From NCBI GenBank assembly GCA_049942765.1, contig CP188086.1:540001-572000 (forward strand): 32,000 nucleotides of DNA. The letters run 5' to 3'. Numbering within the stretch: position 1 is the first letter of the stretch; the number at the start of each line of letters is the position of its first letter. Under the pieces are notes generated by a model. That model was not told the origin of the DNA, searched no databases, and saw nothing but the letters and a program-made list of their open reading frames with translations. Positions 29,334-32,000 of this stretch are shown in pieces. The position numbers and the translations under genes were made by a program. The DNA comes from Candidatus Saccharimonadota bacterium. GTDB taxonomy: Bacteria > Pseudomonadota > Gammaproteobacteria > Enterobacterales > Enterobacteriaceae.

Positions 29334-29591
29334 TTTTAGCTTCCTTTTGTTGTTAACTATACAAATTAATTTTATTTTATTAAAATAATTAATAATCCAT
29401 ATTTAATAAATATTACCCAATACAAGATAAATTATCATAAATAATTTTATTTTCACAGAATTTACAAAAAATACATGGTAATATAAAGATATATCTTTAT
29501 CTTTTATTATTTAAATATGTTACAAAAATATTAAATTCATTTGTTAATTAAGATAAAATTAAATAATTCTAACATTAAGGTTATACCCTAT

Positions 29592-29807
29592 ATGCCAATA
29601 ATAAAGGTTCGAGAACATGAACCCTTCGATATAGCGTTAAGAAGATTTAAACGTTCATGTGAAAAAGCTGGAATTTTATCAGAGATTAGAAGAAGAGAAT
29701 TTTATGAAAAACCTACCACAGGAAGAAAACGCGCTAAAGCATCAGCAATAAAAAGATTAACTAAAAAACTTGCTAGAGAAAATGCCAGACATATGAGATT
29801 ATATTAA
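29592..29807 (+). CDS. rpsU: 30S ribosomal protein S21
   Basis: From ATG 29592 the product is 71 aa: [67 protein letters not shown]. This is near-identical to E. coli S21 (71 aa). The ORF-track start at 29541 is a TTG and adds 17 unrelated residues. Confidence 0.96.
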   Translation: MPIIKVREHEPFDIALRRFKRSCEKAGILSEIRRREFYEKPTTGRKRAKASAIKRLTKKLARENARHMRLY

Positions 29808-29841
29808 TTTTATATATCTTATAATACTTATTATCACTGAA

Positions 29842-29868
29842 AAGACCGACCTTAATCAAGTTGGTCTT
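29842..29868 (+). terminator. hairpin in the rpsU-dnaG spacer (candidate attenuating terminator of the rpsU-dnaG-rpoD operon)
   Basis: AAGACCGAC (29842-29850) pairs with GTTGGTCTT (29860-29868) over 9 bp: 4 G:C, one G:U and 4 A:U pairs, with a 9-nt loop. It is followed by ATAATTTTAAAT. It is the only GC-containing element in the 85-nt spacer and occupies the same position as the E. coli rpsU-dnaG terminator T1. Confidence 0.55.
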
Positions 29869-29892
29869 ATAATTTTAAATAAATACAAAAAT

Positions 29893-31665
29893 ATGTATCC
29901 TTGGAAAATACCTAAAGAATTCATTAATCAACTGTTGTATCAAACTAATATTATAGATCTAATTAAATCTAGACTAACATTAAAAAAAATAGGTAAAAAT
30001 TATCAATCATTATGCCCTTTTCATAACGAAAAAACACCATCATTTACTGTAAATCACAACAAACAATTTTACTATTGTTTTGGTTGTAATGCTCATGGTA
30101 ATGCAATTGATTTTTTAATGAACTATGAAAAATTAAATTTTTTAGAAAGTGTTGAAGAATTGTCTATTTTTAATGGATTAATAATACCAAAAAAAATAAA
30201 CAATAAATTAACAAATAACGATATATGTAATAAATATATATATCACACAACATTACAAAAAATTTGTAATATATATGTAAAAAAAATGTTAAAACCAATA
30301 AATAATATTGCTTATCAATATTTAATTCATAGAGGAATTAAACCAAATATAATACATCATTTTTCCATTGGTTTTTCCGGGGAAAAAATTAATTACATTT
30401 CTCAATATTATAAATTTAATATTAACACATTAAATATTTTAATAAAATTAGGGATAATTGTACAAGATCATAAAAACAAACAATATGATCACTTTAGAAA
30501 AAGAATAATTTTCCCTATCCGTGATAAACATGGAAGAATAAATGGTTTTGGAGGACGTTCAATATATTCTAATATTAAACCTAAATATTTAAATTCTCCT
30601 GATAGTATTACCTTTAAAAAAAATAGACAAATATATGGAATTTTTGAATTACTTCAATATAATCCATTGCCTAATAAAATTATTGTAGTAGAAGGTTATA
30701 TAGATGTAATTATGATGACACAACATCACATTCATGATGTTGTAGCTGTGTTAGGGAGTTCAATAACTACAGAACAAATTCAATATCTTTTTCGTATTAC
30801 TAATACAATTATTTATTGTTATGATGGAGATCTAGCTGGACGAAATGCTTCTTGGAAATCATTAATTTTATCACTACCATATTTAAAAAATCAAAAGAAA
30901 ATAAAATTCATTTTTTTACCAACAGGTACTGATCCAGATTCTATCATTAAAACTGAAGGAACAAATAAGTTTGTACATAGAATTAATAACGCCATTACAC
31001 TTTCGGATTTTTTATTTTCAAAACTATTAAAAAAATTTAATTTAACTTCTATTGAAGATAAATCTTATTTTACATCTTATACATTATCATTAATTAATCA
31101 AATTCCAAATACAATTACAAAAATATATCTAAGAAAACAATTAGGATATGAATTAGGAATACTTGATATAGAACAAATTAACAATATATTATATAAACAT
31201 CATAAAAAGCATAAAAATACCATTGTTATTAAACAGACACCTATGCGAATTCTTATTGGATTGTTAATACAAAATCCAAAATTATCATTATTAATACCAC
31301 ATAAACATAATTTAATTAATTTAAACATACCAGGATCAAATCTATTTTTAAATTTAATTAATATATGTATTAATAATCCAAATTATCACACAGGACAAAT
31401 ATTAGAACTATACAGAGGAAATATTATTGAAAATATTTTGAGAAAACTAATAATATGGGATCATATGATAGTAGAAAAAAAAATCAAAGAAGTATTTATT
31501 GACACATTAAATAATATTCGTTATCAAATATTAGAAAATAAATATCAAAAATTCATTATTAAAGAAAAACTTCAGGGATTAAACTCAACAGAAAAAAAAA
31601 AATTATGGTTAATTACAAAATATTTATCTCTAAAATCAAAAAAAAAAATTAAACAAAATATCTAA
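29893..31665 (+). CDS. dnaG: DNA primase
   Basis: 590 aa. Zinc-ribbon CPFHNEKTPSFTV......YYCFGC.AHGNAIDFLM, the RNA-polymerase core F..R+IFPIRD..GR..GFGGR, and the Toprim motifs VVEGY+DV and DGD.AGR.A are present. It follows rpsU as in the enterobacterial macromolecular-synthesis operon. Confidence 0.95.
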   Translation: MYPWKIPKEFINQLLYQTNIIDLIKSRLTLKKIGKNYQSLCPFHNEKTPSFTVNHNKQFYYCFGCNAHGNAIDFLMNYEKLNFLESVEELSIFNGLIIPKKINNKLTNNDICNKYIYHTTLQKICNIYVKKMLKPINNIAYQYLIHRGIKPNIIHHFSIGFSGEKINYISQYYKFNINTLNILIKLGIIVQDHKNKQYDHFRKRIIFPIRDKHGRINGFGGRSIYSNIKPKYLNSPDSITFKKNRQIYGIFELLQYNPLPNKIIVVEGYIDVIMMTQHHIHDVVAVLGSSITTEQIQYLFRITNTIIYCYDGDLAGRNASWKSLILSLPYLKNQKKIKFIFLPTGTDPDSIIKTEGTNKFVHRINNAITLSDFLFSKLLKKFNLTSIEDKSYFTSYTLSLINQIPNTITKIYLRKQLGYELGILDIEQINNILYKHHKKHKNTIVIKQTPMRILIGLLIQNPKLSLLIPHKHNLINLNIPGSNLFLNLINICINNPNYHTGQILELYRGNIIENILRKLIIWDHMIVEKKIKEVFIDTLNNIRYQILENKYQKFIIKEKLQGLNSTEKKKLWLITKYLSLKSKKKIKQNI

Positions 31666-31800
31666 ATAAACTAAATAATTTATTTATCAATACATAATTA
31701 ATATTTTGTATATTTTTATATGTAATTTACAATATTATATTATATTCATTGAATAATATTTCAATTTGTCTCATAACATGAAAAAATTTCATAAATTAAC

Positions 31801-31827
31801 TTAATTTAGTTAATTTAGTTAATTTTA
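31801..31827. repeat. three tandem copies of a 9-mer (TTAATTTAG, TTAATTTAG, TTAATTTTA)
   Basis: Read directly: ttaatttag ttaatttag ttaatttta at 31801-31827, preceded by a degenerate fourth unit taaattaac (31792-31800). It lies 31 nt upstream of the rpoD ATG. Confidence 0.7.
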
Positions 31828-31857
31828 CTTCAATTAATTTACATATGGACATCATTT

Positions 31858-32000
31858 ATGGAGCACAACCCACAATCACAATTAAAATTACTTATTACAC
31901 ATGGTAAAGAACAAGGATATTTAACCTATGCTGAAGTAAATGATCATCTACCAGAAGATTTAGTAGATGCTGACCAAATAGAAGATATCATTCAAATGAT
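31858..32000 (+). CDS. rpoD: RNA polymerase sigma-70 factor RpoD, 5' fragment (runs off the window; absent from the ORF track)
   Basis: Hand translation gives MEHNPQSQLKLLITHGKEQGYLTYAEVNDHLPEDLVDADQIEDIIQM, versus E. coli MEQNPQSQLKLLVTRGKEQGYLTYAEVNDHLPEDIVDSDQIEDIIQM. Confidence 0.95.
   Translation, partial: MEHNPQSQLKLLITHGKEQGYLTYAEVNDHLPEDLVDADQIEDIIQM

Noticed and set aside
29485-29498. Perfect 14-nt palindrome AAAGATATATCTTT, with an adjacent TATCTTT direct repeat, in the tsaD-rpsU divergent promoter region. It was considered as a possible operator.
   Set aside because: A/T-only palindromes of this length are expected by chance many times in several kb of DNA with this composition. 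No cognate regulator can be inferred, and the LexA-type box known at E. coli rpsU is not recognisable.
1-32000. Window-wide scan for CRISPR-like spaced repeats, IS or transposase or integrase genes, phage genes, toxin-antitoxin pairs, restriction-modification or other defence cassettes
   Set aside because: Every ORF above about 60 aa is either a recognisable housekeeping or flagellar gene or a shadow ORF. No regularly spaced direct repeats or terminal inverted repeats were seen, and there is no compositional island other than the RNA genes.

Overview
This window is an extremely AT-rich (judged by eye, not computed), gene-dense segment of core chromosome from a reduced-genome gammaproteobacterial insect endosymbiont. 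The gene order is fabB, rnpB, pmbA, ppa, rpmB-rpmG, fliR-Q-P-N-M-K-J-I-H-G-F, divergent fliE, tRNA-Ala, gltX, tRNA-Val/tRNA-Lys, ligA, cysK, ptsH-ptsI-crr, cca, ribB, tsaD, rpsU-dnaG-rpoD. From memory this matches Buchnera aphidicola, and the retained ribB argues against the riboflavin-deficient Lachninae lineages. Strain cannot be assigned without a database search. I support 31 protein genes; two of them are absent from the ORF track (rpmG, 55 aa, and the 5' end of rpoD). I also support 3 tRNAs, RNase P RNA with a plausible sigma70 promoter, 3 terminator-like hairpins and one short tandem repeat. Five ORF-track starts are over-extended (cysK, ptsH, ptsI, crr, rpsU) and I give corrected starts. 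All seven ORFs antisense to well-supported genes are AT-bias artefacts. I find no mobile element, CRISPR array, phage or defence or toxin locus, or orphan multi-gene cassette, so I do not think this window holds a novel system. The only unusual multi-gene system is the flagellar basal-body/type III export block, already described for Buchnera. The points worth a second look are signatures of reductive evolution. fliL and fliO are cleanly deleted. FliG has lost the charged stator-contact residues. FliK keeps only a recognisable C-terminal domain. LigA ends exactly before the BRCT domain. The CCA enzyme has lost the HD dyad. The ribB leader has no recognisable FMN riboswitch. Several spacers of 0.4-1 kb carry no features. 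The rpsU-dnaG attenuator hairpin is conserved. 11-nt poly(A) tracts lie inside cysK and dnaG. By my tally of gaps over 150 bp, roughly 18 percent of the window is non-coding.
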